Virus record (IMG/VR): IMGVR_UViG_3300050821_007139
Span: 1 to 64,000 of that record
DNA length: 64,000 nucleotides
Reading direction: 5' to 3' (one strand)
From: a virus
The translations under genes were made by a program, and so were the position numbers. Of this stretch, positions 38,730-47,542 are shown piece after piece (the first letter of the stretch is position 1; each line of letters begins with the position of its first letter). The notes under the pieces are model-generated. The model was not told the origin of the DNA and made no database searches. It saw only the letters and a program-made list of their open reading frames with translations.

Positions 38730-39009
38730 ATTGGCGTTACACAGGGCGACGACCGTAAGGGAATATCTGCGTAGCGAGTTAAGTCTTGGCTTAGCTTCGC
38801 CCCTGGTATCCAAGTCCCTGCACTCTAAGCCCAAGGGACGGCGCACCGGCCTGGTCCTCCGGCAAGATTATTCAATCTTGGGCATTTAATTGTATATTAA
38901 CGTGCATTCTTGGTTAATATACTGGCGGCCGGAAAGAGCTGGGCAGCCATGTGTCAAATGCCAAACTTGATTGGAGCTACCTAGAGATGCACCTAGGTAG
39001 TAGCTCCAA
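38730..39009 (+). ncRNA. Structured ncRNA of unrecognised family, copy 1
   Basis: Intergenic; closing stem ttggcgttacac/gtgt-c-aaatgccaa; shares attggcgt, cgaccgtaagg, actctaagcc, ggacggc, ctggtcc with copy 2; terminal bulged hairpin. Confidence 0.75.
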
Positions 39010-39149
39010 GAGATTAAATATTTGTCTCTTTAAGCTTAGCTTTGTAAGCTTGTTTTGCAGCTTCACGAGCTTTTGCTCTACGAAGAATTTGTTTGGCTCT
39101 TTCTACTACCATCCAATGGAGGTCACCCCAAATTGTGATTAATACTCCT

Positions 39150-40031
39150 ATGAATACTCCTAGGCAAAAAATTCTAAAAGCCCAACTATTAAGTATGTCT
39201 GTCATAGCCTTATTTCTTTCCTCTTGTTCTGGATCTTTAACTGCAACACCGCCAGCACAACCTACGCCAGAGGCTATTCAGGCTTTGAATATCAGACTAT
39301 TAGCTATTTCTTCCGATCCAATAATGACTTGGCAAATAGGAAATTATTCTGTTCGGTCGGCTTGTCATGCTTATCTTAATGCTATGGCGGCGCGAAGTGC
39401 CAATATTAATCTTGCATCTGGCTCCCTTGGTCTTGCTGGGCCGGCAGCTGCAGGGTTTTTAGTAGCCGGATCAAATCCTATGGGAGCGGCTGCTGCAGGA
39501 GCTATAGCGGCTCTTGGGCAAACATTCTTGAATCTATTTAATTCTAGCGGCTCAATTCCTTATACTGCTGAAACATCTGGCATCATCCAAGCCGCCCTTG
39601 ATGCTTATGAGGGTGGAGTTAATCTTTCTCCACCCTCAAGTATTCCCCAAGCAATTTCTTATATTGATGATCTCTGGTGGCAATGCTCAGCTGGTGGATA
39701 TGCAATATTAGTTAGTAAGGCTATTAGTACGGCTAATATTGGCGTTCAGATGAATGGAATGTTTTCGTTCCGTTCACTTACACCGACAGGTCGGCCGGTG
39801 ATTACTGTAAATCCACCGCCAACTACTACAAATTCAACATTCGAAGAAATGCCACTACCGCGACCCAGATTGCACCGTAAAATAGCACCGCCACTAGCAC
39901 GGCAACAAATAGCGTCACCAGAGGCGGCCAATTTACCTGCCAATTTACCTGACGATCTTGATAAGCTGGCTCGTCTGCGTTGGCTAAAGGCAACTTGGAC
40001 TTGTGTTCGGATGTTAGATGGAACATGTTAG
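39150..40031 (+). CDS. Putative lipoprotein
   Basis: Lipobox-like 'LFLSS-C'; start uncertain (39093/39150/39196). Confidence 0.55.
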   Translation: MNTPRQKILKAQLLSMSVIALFLSSCSGSLTATPPAQPTPEAIQALNIRLLAISSDPIMTWQIGNYSVRSACHAYLNAMAARSANINLASGSLGLAGPAAAGFLVAGSNPMGAAAAGAIAALGQTFLNLFNSSGSIPYTAETSGIIQAALDAYEGGVNLSPPSSIPQAISYIDDLWWQCSAGGYAILVSKAISTANIGVQMNGMFSFRSLTPTGRPVITVNPPPTTTNSTFEEMPLPRPRLHRKIAPPLARQQIASPEAANLPANLPDDLDKLARLRWLKATWTCVRMLDGTC

Positions 40032-40058
40032 TACCATTTATTTCCTTTCCTATTGCAT

Positions 40059-40433
40059 TTATTCCCAGCTGACTTTACAAACTATCACTACGTTGTCTCC
40101 ACAAATACCGGGAGTTACAGCTGCACATGGAGATATTTGAAATACGATCGGAGCTTGACTCAAGTCGCTTGCACTGATATTTCCCCAATTTGCTGCACCG
40201 CCAGCAGTCGTTAGATCGACGCCGTAAACAATTCCGTCATCTGAGCCGACTCCATATCTCCCGGTCGCAGGGGTACTCGCTGTTCCTGGCACCGCCGTAT
40301 AAAACCAGCCGCAATCTGGATGATTTGGTCCATTTGCCGTTGATGAACCATGTAATACTGCATTACCCGATCCGGCATTAGCTACACTTGTGAGCAACAA
40401 AAATGCCGATGTAAACGCTAACAGCTTATTCAT
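40059..40433 (-). CDS. Secreted protein (distant relative of 55294 and 55930)
   Basis: SD aggaga; signal ending 'ANA'; four Cys. Confidence 0.65.
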   Translation of the reverse strand: MNKLLAFTSAFLLLTSVANAGSGNAVLHGSSTANGPNHPDCGWFYTAVPGTASTPATGRYGVGSDDGIVYGVDLTTAGGAANWGNISASDLSQAPIVFQISPCAAVTPGICGDNVVIVCKVSWE

Positions 40434-40448
40434 CTTACTTTCTCCTTT

Positions 40449-41072
40449 TTAAGGTCCTGGATAAAAGTGCAGTCCGCAACTACACTGACCCGTACACATA
40501 TTTACTAGATATGCACATGCAGGGCCAGATAACCCACTTGGATTCCCTAGCAGAAATACTCCCTCTAAAGTTCCTACAAAACTATAATGCCCTCCTCCAT
40601 CGCATATTCCTCCAGGTGATAGATTATTCAACTCTGCTCGTGGGCCGAATGATACTCCAGATACTCCTATTGCTTGTACTAGTCTTACATGCGTTCCTAA
40701 TATAGCTTGTGCTCCATTCATTGCCTTTAAATCGCAATCATTCGCGCTTAAACCCGTAAGCTTCTGCAACCCTGCACCAAATGCAGGATTTCCTATATTT
40801 GGCACACAAGGAAATCCTCTTCCTCCTGGCACTTGACTACCCATTCTTGGGTTGCACGGACCTTGAGTCTGAAATCCAACCCAAACATTGTTATGTTCCG
40901 CTACATTGTCATTGCTAAAATTGTTTAGCAATCTTCCAATTATTAATTGCGCCGTGATATCTACCACCACACCCGCAACAATATCGCTTATTGCTGGTTG
41001 CCCTGCTTTTGCTGGCCAACCATGAACCAATAACCATCCTAATATTAACGCTCCTATTCCTATTGATCTCAT
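40449..41072 (-). CDS. Secreted Cys-rich protein
   Basis: Signal ending 'AKA'; eight Cys. Confidence 0.6.
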   Translation of the reverse strand: MRSIGIGALILGWLLVHGWPAKAGQPAISDIVAGVVVDITAQLIIGRLLNNFSNDNVAEHNNVWVGFQTQGPCNPRMGSQVPGGRGFPCVPNIGNPAFGAGLQKLTGLSANDCDLKAMNGAQAILGTHVRLVQAIGVSGVSFGPRAELNNLSPGGICDGGGHYSFVGTLEGVFLLGNPSGLSGPACAYLVNMCTGQCSCGLHFYPGP

Positions 41073-41089
41073 TCCTTTTTACTCCTTCT

Positions 41090-44038
41090 TTATCCACAGC
41101 CGGTGTTATTGCCACAGTTTGGGCATGTTAGACAAGTTCCAGTTTGGTTCATTTCAGAGCCGCATTCGGGACATAAAGTTCCTGAGCGATAAGAAATTAA
41201 ATCTTCATGATTTTGATTTACATTTTCATTTTGATCTCCTATCAAATCTTTAGCAACTTGAACAAGATTAGAATTACCCAGGTCGTTACGGGCTAAATAT
41301 GTTATTCCAAGATCACGGAAGATTAGGTCCACAATGCTTGAACAAAGTTTAATCGTATCATGGCCTTGGACGATTCCGGAAGGCTCAAAGCGAGAATGTG
41401 TAAAGGCGTCTATATATTCCTCAAGTGGCACCCCGTATTGGATTCCAAGTGAAATTGCTTTTGAAAAACATTCCATTAATGCTCGCGTGGTTGAACCTTC
41501 CTTAGATAGGTCTACAAAAATCTCACCTAGTGAACCATCAGAATAATTTCCGGTATGAAGGTACAATGTCTGACCGTTGATCTTATATTTATTTGTATAT
41601 CCTCTGCGGCGTTCGGGTAAAGAAATTCTCTCGCCTCGGTAATGACCGTTAGGTTTAGTAGTAATATTCTGTAAATTTCCGTAATTCTCTTTATCTATTG
41701 ATATAGATTCTTCTGTTAATGTCCATTTGTCTTGAGATTTAGTTTTACTATAAATAGAGCTGGTATATAGTTCATTTGTTTCGCTTATGGCTTTATTAAG
41801 CAATTCTTCTTTAGCCCAAATCTCTTCTTTTGTATTTGAACTTAATGGCTGCGCTAACTTACATCCGTCTCGATAGATTGAGATTGATTTGAGGCCAAGT
41901 TTATGAGCCAATCTATAAATTTTATCTACATCTGCAACCGTAGCTTTATTTGGCATATTGACGGTTTTACTGACTCCGCCGGATAAGAACGGCTGCACAG
42001 CCGCTACCATTTTAACATGGCCTTCAGGAGAAATACAATTTTCTCCGACCGCAGTTGCGAATACGGGCCAATGTTCTTCTTTTATCCATTTTCTAATATC
42101 AAATCCGGCTTCGACTTGTTTAACGATTTGGGTAGCTTTTGTAGAATCGTAGCCTAGTTCAAATAAAGCCCCGTATACGGATTGATTAATAAATTTCATG
42201 TTACCTCCCCCGGCTAGTTTCTTGGATTTAACTAGGGCAAAATCCGGCTCTATACCTGTAGTATCGCAATCCATTAAGAGCGCTATTGTTCCAGTTGGCG
42301 CGATCAAAGTTACTTGAGCATTGCGAAAAATAATAGAATCACTTAAAAGAGTTTTCCAAACAAGATATGCTTTACTGTCTATTACTGTCATTGGAGTAAC
42401 TTGGGCTTTTCTGTAATGTTTATATATAATTTCGTGCATGAATTTACTATTTTCGCCGAATCTTAGAAATGGACCTAGTTCGCCTGCTAGTTCAGCACTA
42501 GTTTTATAAGCAATGGCAGTCATTAGAGAAGTAATTGCGCCTGCTATACTTCTTCCTTCATCGCTATCATAGGCTAAACCGTTGCGCATGATTAGTGCGC
42601 CAAGATTAGCATAACCGAGGCCCAAAGTACGGTAATTGTAACTTCCTAGAGCGATCTCCTTTGAGGGAAAACTAGCCATATAGACGCTGATTTCGAGTAC
42701 TATGGTCCATAATCTTGTTGCGTGTTCAAAAGCTTCGATATCAAAATCTTTATTGGTTTTTAAAAATTTACATAAATTTAATGAAGCCAAATTACAAGCG
42801 GTATTATCTAAGTGGAGGTATTCCCCGCACGGGTTAGATGCATTGATATCACCATCAGCCTTGCAAGTGTGCCAGGATTGAATCGTATCATGAAATTGAA
42901 CCCCTGGATCTCCGCACTCCCAAGCGGAGCTACAGATTTGATCCCATAATTCCTTTGCTTCAAGTACTTTAGTGACATGTCCTGTTGTACGTTCAGTCAG
43001 GAACCATGGTTTGTCTTCGCTAAGCGCATCGATAAAACTATCTGTAACTCGAACTGAGTTGTTAGAATTTTGGCCTGATACTGTATCTAAAGCTTCATCG
43101 GGGCTCCAAGCTTCGGTAGCTGAAAGGACCTTTGCTTTCTCTTCTTCTTTAACTTTCCAATTTATAAAATCTTCAATTTCAGGATGATCAAGATCACAAA
43201 CTCTCATTAAGGCCGCACGGCGTGTTGTTCCGCCGGATTTAATGGCGCCAGCCGCCCGATCGCCGACACGAAGGAAACTCATCATGCCGGAGCTAGTTCC
43301 GCCACCGGATAATAATTCTCCCTTGGCTCTCAACTTGCTTACATTTGTCCCTGAACCTGATCCGTATTTAAAGATCTTTGCTTCACGCAACCAAAGGTCC
43401 ATAATTCCGCCGGGATTGACTAGATTATCATCTACTGGTTGAATAAAACAAGCGTGCGGAGTTGGATATTCGTAAGAGTCCTTACATTCGACTTGATTTC
43501 CGTCCTCGTCGTTTCTCCATTGACCATTAACATTTCCGGTAATTCCATAGGCCCAATATAAGCCTGTGTTAAACCATTGTGGCGAATTGGGCGCTCCGAT
43601 TTGCTTTGCGAGCATCAAGTAAAGCTCGTCATAGAATATTTGAGCATCATCGTGATTATCTAAGATTCCTTCGCGCCAGCCCCAATAAGTCCAACAACCT
43701 GCGAGCCGATGGAAGACTTGCTTGGCGGAGGTTTCGGAACCGAAAGTTAAGTTTATATCAGGTGCTGGAATGGATGGTAGGAGCCAAATTGGCATTTCGC
43801 CATGAAGTTCTTCGTCCCCTTTTAAATACCCTGTCTTATTTGGCATTCCGGCTTTACGAAAATATTTTTGCGCTAAGATATCTGTTGCAGTTTGACTCCA
43901 ATGATCTGGGACTTCAATATCTTTCATCTCGAAGATTATATTTCCTTCGAGATCGGTTATTTGAGAGTCTACTCGTTTCCACGCGACTTGATCTTGAACT
44001 GGTGTATTGGGTAAAGAATAAAATCTCTCGAATTTCAT
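41090..44038 (-). CDS. nrdJ: Class II (adenosylcobalamin-dependent) ribonucleotide reductase with TSCPD domain and Zn ribbon
   Basis: 'PNSPQWFN', 'HACFI', 'KSGGTTRRAA', 'SNPCGEY', 'ACNLASLNL', 'IAPTGTI', 'SKTVN'; C-term CPECG..CPNCG..GCG. Confidence 0.95.
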   Translation of the reverse strand: MKFERFYSLPNTPVQDQVAWKRVDSQITDLEGNIIFEMKDIEVPDHWSQTATDILAQKYFRKAGMPNKTGYLKGDEELHGEMPIWLLPSIPAPDINLTFGSETSAKQVFHRLAGCWTYWGWREGILDNHDDAQIFYDELYLMLAKQIGAPNSPQWFNTGLYWAYGITGNVNGQWRNDEDGNQVECKDSYEYPTPHACFIQPVDDNLVNPGGIMDLWLREAKIFKYGSGSGTNVSKLRAKGELLSGGGTSSGMMSFLRVGDRAAGAIKSGGTTRRAALMRVCDLDHPEIEDFINWKVKEEEKAKVLSATEAWSPDEALDTVSGQNSNNSVRVTDSFIDALSEDKPWFLTERTTGHVTKVLEAKELWDQICSSAWECGDPGVQFHDTIQSWHTCKADGDINASNPCGEYLHLDNTACNLASLNLCKFLKTNKDFDIEAFEHATRLWTIVLEISVYMASFPSKEIALGSYNYRTLGLGYANLGALIMRNGLAYDSDEGRSIAGAITSLMTAIAYKTSAELAGELGPFLRFGENSKFMHEIIYKHYRKAQVTPMTVIDSKAYLVWKTLLSDSIIFRNAQVTLIAPTGTIALLMDCDTTGIEPDFALVKSKKLAGGGNMKFINQSVYGALFELGYDSTKATQIVKQVEAGFDIRKWIKEEHWPVFATAVGENCISPEGHVKMVAAVQPFLSGGVSKTVNMPNKATVADVDKIYRLAHKLGLKSISIYRDGCKLAQPLSSNTKEEIWAKEELLNKAISETNELYTSSIYSKTKSQDKWTLTEESISIDKENYGNLQNITTKPNGHYRGERISLPERRRGYTNKYKINGQTLYLHTGNYSDGSLGEIFVDLSKEGSTTRALMECFSKAISLGIQYGVPLEEYIDAFTHSRFEPSGIVQGHDTIKLCSSIVDLIFRDLGITYLARNDLGNSNLVQVAKDLIGDQNENVNQNHEDLISYRSGTLCPECGSEMNQTGTCLTCPNCGNNTGCG

Positions 44039-44313
44039 TAATTTAGCTCCTTTTCCCAGCTAAATGAAGGTATAATTCCACTCTCAGAGATAGCAAGTTC
44101 AGCATTTTCTGACAATAAGTGGGCAAGGGTATGCTTAGGCTTCCTTCCAGGGCGTTTGCAACGTGAGGAACCGAGTAAGATATTTAGGGCTTCTTTTTTA
44201 TTCCTTCGCCACCTTTGTGTTCGCTCAATGTGCTTCTTTGGGTCTTCATTTATCTTTGCTACTAGCCAGGTCATAATGATATTACTTTCCGAATTGCAAA
44301 TGGTGAATTGCAT
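44038..44313 (-). CDS. Hypothetical protein
   Basis: ORF abutting nrdJ start. Confidence 0.4.
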   Translation of the reverse strand: MQFTICNSESNIIMTWLVAKINEDPKKHIERTQRWRRNKKEALNILLGSSRCKRPGRKPKHTLAHLLSENAELAISESGIIPSFSWEKELN

Positions 44314-44563
44314 CCGCTGCTTCTGATAATGCGTGTTTTGTTTCGATAGAATGAGGTAATATATCGCGAAGGCGGAGAACTATTAATTCTGCTTGATCCC
44401 TCATTTGTTCCACAGTTTTGGGCGGAGTAAAATGGGCCTTCCAAAGTGGATGGTTTGGATGCCATGCTAAACCACATACTTCTTGAGATAAGGGTTTTAT
44501 AGATTTTGGCATATAGAAATTTTCTTTAGCTTTAATATGGTGATACATAAGTAGTATTGCCAT
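44282..44563 (-). CDS. Hypothetical protein
   Basis: ORF; true start likely the internal Met (MPKSIKP). Confidence 0.5.
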   Translation of the reverse strand: MAILLMYHHIKAKENFYMPKSIKPLSQEVCGLAWHPNHPLWKAHFTPPKTVEQMRDQAELIVLRLRDILPHSIETKHALSEAADAIHHLQFGK

Positions 44564-44774
44564 GTGGGTTTAATACTATATATCCACCATTATTATCGGG
44601 AAATGCGTAAGAAGTTCCTTTAGAATTTTGGATTATATAATTTGGTGGGTAAGCTGGAGCGATAGTTCTATTTGGCATTTGAAGTGGGTAGAACTGTAAA
44701 GGAGGAATTTGTGTATATTGCGCATGAGCAGAAAAAGAAATAAATACACAAGCTAAAATTATAATTGTTTTCAT
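44532..44774 (-). CDS. Small secreted protein
   Basis: Signal MKTIIILACVFISFSAHA. Confidence 0.6.
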   Translation of the reverse strand: MKTIIILACVFISFSAHAQYTQIPPLQFYPLQMPNRTIAPAYPPNYIIQNSKGTSYAFPDNNGGYIVLNPHGNTTYVSPY

Positions 44775-44776
44775 AG

Positions 44777-45148
44777 TTAAAACTTCTTTCCATGTTCGGA
44801 TTGTCTGTATTCTAAATCATGATCGATTCTGTCTTTATTGTATTTCATCTTAGCTTCAATTGCATGTTCAAGATCAATGTTTAATCGTCCTGCTAGATCG
44901 AAGATACGAATACATGCGTCTGCAAGTTCTACATTAATACCAGGTAGATATGGTATATGATCATCCATTGTTCCTTTGCGAAAAGCTTCCATAGCTTCGC
45001 TAATCTCAGAATGGATTAGGGCGAATTTTGTTCCAATTATATACTTGCCGACATTCTCAGGTGTTAGATTATCACTCCCAAAATCATTCCACCAGCCTCG
45101 ATCATAACTTTCTTCAAAGCACTTCTCAACTAAATCATTTAAGTGCAT
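44777..45148 (-). CDS. MazG-like nucleotide pyrophosphohydrolase
   Basis: 'ALIHSEISEAMEA.RK', 'VELADACIRIFDL', 'KM.YN..R'. Confidence 0.88.
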   Translation of the reverse strand: MHLNDLVEKCFEESYDRGWWNDFGSDNLTPENVGKYIIGTKFALIHSEISEAMEAFRKGTMDDHIPYLPGINVELADACIRIFDLAGRLNIDLEHAIEAKMKYNKDRIDHDLEYRQSEHGKKF

Positions 45149-45173
45149 TTTATAAATCTCCTATATAAACTCT

Positions 45174-45398
45174 TTATTTATTTAAATGATTCGTCGCGCC
45201 TGAATCGGTGCTACACATTTCAGCTGCAGAACCAGTTAGAGAAAATTTCTCAGCATAAGGCCGAGCGAATTTGACATATATTGGTTCTCGATTTGCTTCA
45301 CTTAAATTATCTTCAAAGTGCATATCCCCTGGCCAGGGAATTAGTTCGTAGATTTTTTTATTATTATCAATTTCTCTATTATTAGCGGTAAGTGGCAT
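45174..45398 (-). CDS. Hypothetical protein
   Basis: SD aaagga; immediately downstream of ncRNA copy 2. Confidence 0.5.
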   Translation of the reverse strand: MPLTANNREIDNNKKIYELIPWPGDMHFEDNLSEANREPIYVKFARPYAEKFSLTGSAAEMCSTDSGATNHLNK

Positions 45399-45423
45399 AG
45401 GTTTAATCTTTCCTTTACTTTAG

Positions 45424-45670
45424 TTGGGTGTTGTCCTAAGATACACACGGTACTTTAGGACACCCAAAGGTTGTGGTGATTTACACTAGCGCGGGCCGAG
45501 AAATAATTAATCTTGAAAGGATAACTTTCTCTCGGCTTTGCTAAGGGGGACCAGACCTTCCTGCCGTCCTGAGGCTTAGAGTTAACCGGGCTTGAATGAG
45601 AGGATAAGAGAATTGATCCATCTTACGCGCACTCCTTTCCTTACGGTCGGGGGCCGGCAATCACGCCAAT
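45424..45670 (-). ncRNA. Structured ncRNA of unrecognised family, copy 2
   Basis: Reverse complement carries the same ordered motifs as 38730-39009, closing stem gtgattgc/gtaaatcac, and terminal ttgg...ccaa bulged hairpin. Confidence 0.75.
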
Positions 45671-45675
45671 GAGAG

Positions 45676-46056
45676 CTACGTTGTTTTTAGCCGTATGGCT
45701 TCAAGGATCGGTAAATTCGCTTCAGTTGGGACATAGATCGTCTCGCCTTTACGTTCTTCCATCATCTTAATCCATTGCCATCTCAGATAGAGATCGTGCT
45801 GTTTTAGGTTGTCACCAATTATCTCTATCTGCTTAGCAACTGCTTCTGCCTCAATGATAGCTGCGGCCTTATTCAAATCAGCAGCCTTTAGGCGCCCGTT
45901 GGCATGGGCGCCTTGAATCTGTTGCTCGTTCTGAGCCCGTGCAAGGTCCGCAAGTCCCTTCTGGTGGGCGAACCATACGCGATAGCGCGGAAATCCCCAA
46001 AGCCAGATAACTAAAATTGCCAAGATTATTATGGTGGGTAAAATTAAATTGTCCAT
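45676..46056 (-). CDS. Membrane-anchored coiled-coil protein (SPFH C-terminus-like)
   Basis: N-terminal TM; 'YLRWQWI', 'IYVPTEANLPILEA'. Confidence 0.6.
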   Translation of the reverse strand: MDNLILPTIIILAILVIWLWGFPRYRVWFAHQKGLADLARAQNEQQIQGAHANGRLKAADLNKAAAIIEAEAVAKQIEIIGDNLKQHDLYLRWQWIKMMEERKGETIYVPTEANLPILEAIRLKTT

Positions 46057-46070
46057 GTCAATAGAAGCTC

Positions 46071-46376
46071 TTATTTAGAGAAAATGTTGGGGTACACTTC
46101 GCGGACACCAGACAAAGCTGCATTCTGCTTAGCATAATCCGACATGGATATAGCACGAAGTTCATCGAATGGCATAATAACCTTATTAAAAGATCCTTCT
46201 AACTCTAGTGTACTAGGTAAATCATTAGCCTTTTCATTCTTACGCCTGATTAGCTCGGCTATACGATTATAGTTCGCTTGTGCTTGGTCAATATCCTCGA
46301 ATCCAACATCGTGGAAAACGGGATTACCTATCATACCAAATGAAGCTTGAGTTAATCTTATTTCTGCCACTAACAT
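46071..46376 (-). CDS. Hypothetical protein
   Basis: ORF in early operon. Confidence 0.5.
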   Translation of the reverse strand: MLVAEIRLTQASFGMIGNPVFHDVGFEDIDQAQANYNRIAELIRRKNEKANDLPSTLELEGSFNKVIMPFDELRAISMSDYAKQNAALSGVREVYPNIFSK

Positions 46377-46381
46377 ACCAT

Positions 46382-46588
46382 TTATTCCTTTAGTACTTGT
46401 AATCTATGTAAAGTTGTACTTGTTATGTCGCGGATTTTTATTAAGCTTGCGATCAGTTTATCTAAGTCGAAGTTAATTTTTTTAGTTCCTATATCAGATA
46501 TGACCTGACAGGGATTTATTATCGGTTCGGCCCAAATTTTGGCCATTATATCTATTGTTTGTTTTTCGATGGGATTTCTTTTAGACAT
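46382..46588 (-). CDS. Hypothetical protein
   Basis: ORF in early operon. Confidence 0.45.
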   Translation of the reverse strand: MSKRNPIEKQTIDIMAKIWAEPIINPCQVISDIGTKKINFDLDKLIASLIKIRDITSTTLHRLQVLKE

Positions 46589-46979
46589 GCCATCTACTCA
46601 CAAAACAGTGTAGTAATTCGTGTGCCCATGTTTCGTTGTTAGCCTCTTTTACCCATTTCGCCGACCATTCATCTGTCGTTATCGCGTGTAATTTTTGTTT
46701 CGTTGGAAAGTGTATAGTACATGTGCCATCATTTCGTACTTGTGCATAAGCATATGCGCCAGGAACACGTTTTGTTATGTCCTCTGCAGGATCAAAATAA
46801 ATCGTGACTTTTCCAGGTAGTGTCTCTGCCGTTACAAATTGGTGGGCCTTTTCCTGTATAGTCAAATCTCTATTCCATCCAATATTACCTTTGTCGGTCC
46901 GAATAGTATTTGTAGTTATCAACCCGACTACTATGCCAACACATAAACCAAGAAGATAAACTATTATGTATTTCAGCAT
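46581..46979 (-). CDS. Membrane-anchored protein with HExxH zincin motif
   Basis: N-terminal TM; 'WAHELLHC'. Confidence 0.55.
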   Translation of the reverse strand: MLKYIIVYLLGLCVGIVVGLITTNTIRTDKGNIGWNRDLTIQEKAHQFVTAETLPGKVTIYFDPAEDITKRVPGAYAYAQVRNDGTCTIHFPTKQKLHAITTDEWSAKWVKEANNETWAHELLHCFVSRWHV

Positions 46980-46991
46980 ATTGCTTATTTT

Positions 46992-47204
46992 TCAATTTTG
47001 GTTTTCATTTGAATCAACTTTTTCTTTAGGGAGACGATTCCATAACTCGTTCTCTATAGATTCTAATTTATCCCAGATAGAGTTTAATTTTTCACCAATT
47101 ATCCATATACTACACCCTAATGCTAGCTGTATCAGGATAAAAAATATACCAATTCCAATTTCCATTTTATAATTTGTCCATTCCTGAGCCTTTAATTTTA
47201 CCAC
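46992..47204 (-). CDS. Small membrane protein
   Basis: Single TM. Confidence 0.45.
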   Translation of the reverse strand: MVKLKAQEWTNYKMEIGIGIFFILIQLALGCSIWIIGEKLNSIWDKLESIENELWNRLPKEKVDSNENQN

Positions 47205-47328
47205 GATAATTATAAATTATATAGAATGGACCAAAATGTAAGCACCAAAAAGCTTTTTGCCTTTCTAATAACCAGACCCAATTATGAGAATCATATCCGA
47301 ATAGTAATGTTGATGGAAGCATTCTAAT

Positions 47329-47538
47329 TTACTCTATAGGAATTAATTTAAAGCCATATTTAGCAGCTTGTTTATATAAATCCTTTATTCGATCTTCACG
47401 CCATACTGCACAACATTCAGGGCAATCTTCTTTCCAGGTTTTTCCATGTCCGCACATTTTCAAATCAGCTGCTTCTTGTGCAATGCGTAATATGGCATGG
47501 TCTAGGTTACGTTTATGAACAGGAGTAGTAATTGACAT
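47329..47538 (-). CDS. Hypothetical protein with C-x-H...CxxC motif
   Basis: 'CGHG.....CPEC'. Confidence 0.5.
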   Translation of the reverse strand: MSITTPVHKRNLDHAILRIAQEAADLKMCGHGKTWKEDCPECCAVWREDRIKDLYKQAAKYGFKLIPIE

Positions 47539-47542
47539 TGCT

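Noticed and set aside
38730-39009. ncRNA as tRNA, tmRNA, cobalamin riboswitch or group I/II intron
   Set aside because: No T-loop or cloverleaf, no B12 box, no convincing P/Q/R/S set or domain V triad conserved in both copies; neither copy interrupts a gene
38951-39142. Plus-strand 63-aa ORF
   Set aside because: Runs through the ncRNA closing stem and terminal hairpin, no SD, no recognisable features
39014-39205. Minus-strand 63-aa TM ORF
   Set aside because: Plausible SD and TM but overlaps the start of the + strand lipoprotein gene; unresolved, so not called
41090-44038. Intein or intron in nrdJ
   Set aside because: Continuous ORF with contiguous NPCGEY active site and no intein terminal motifs
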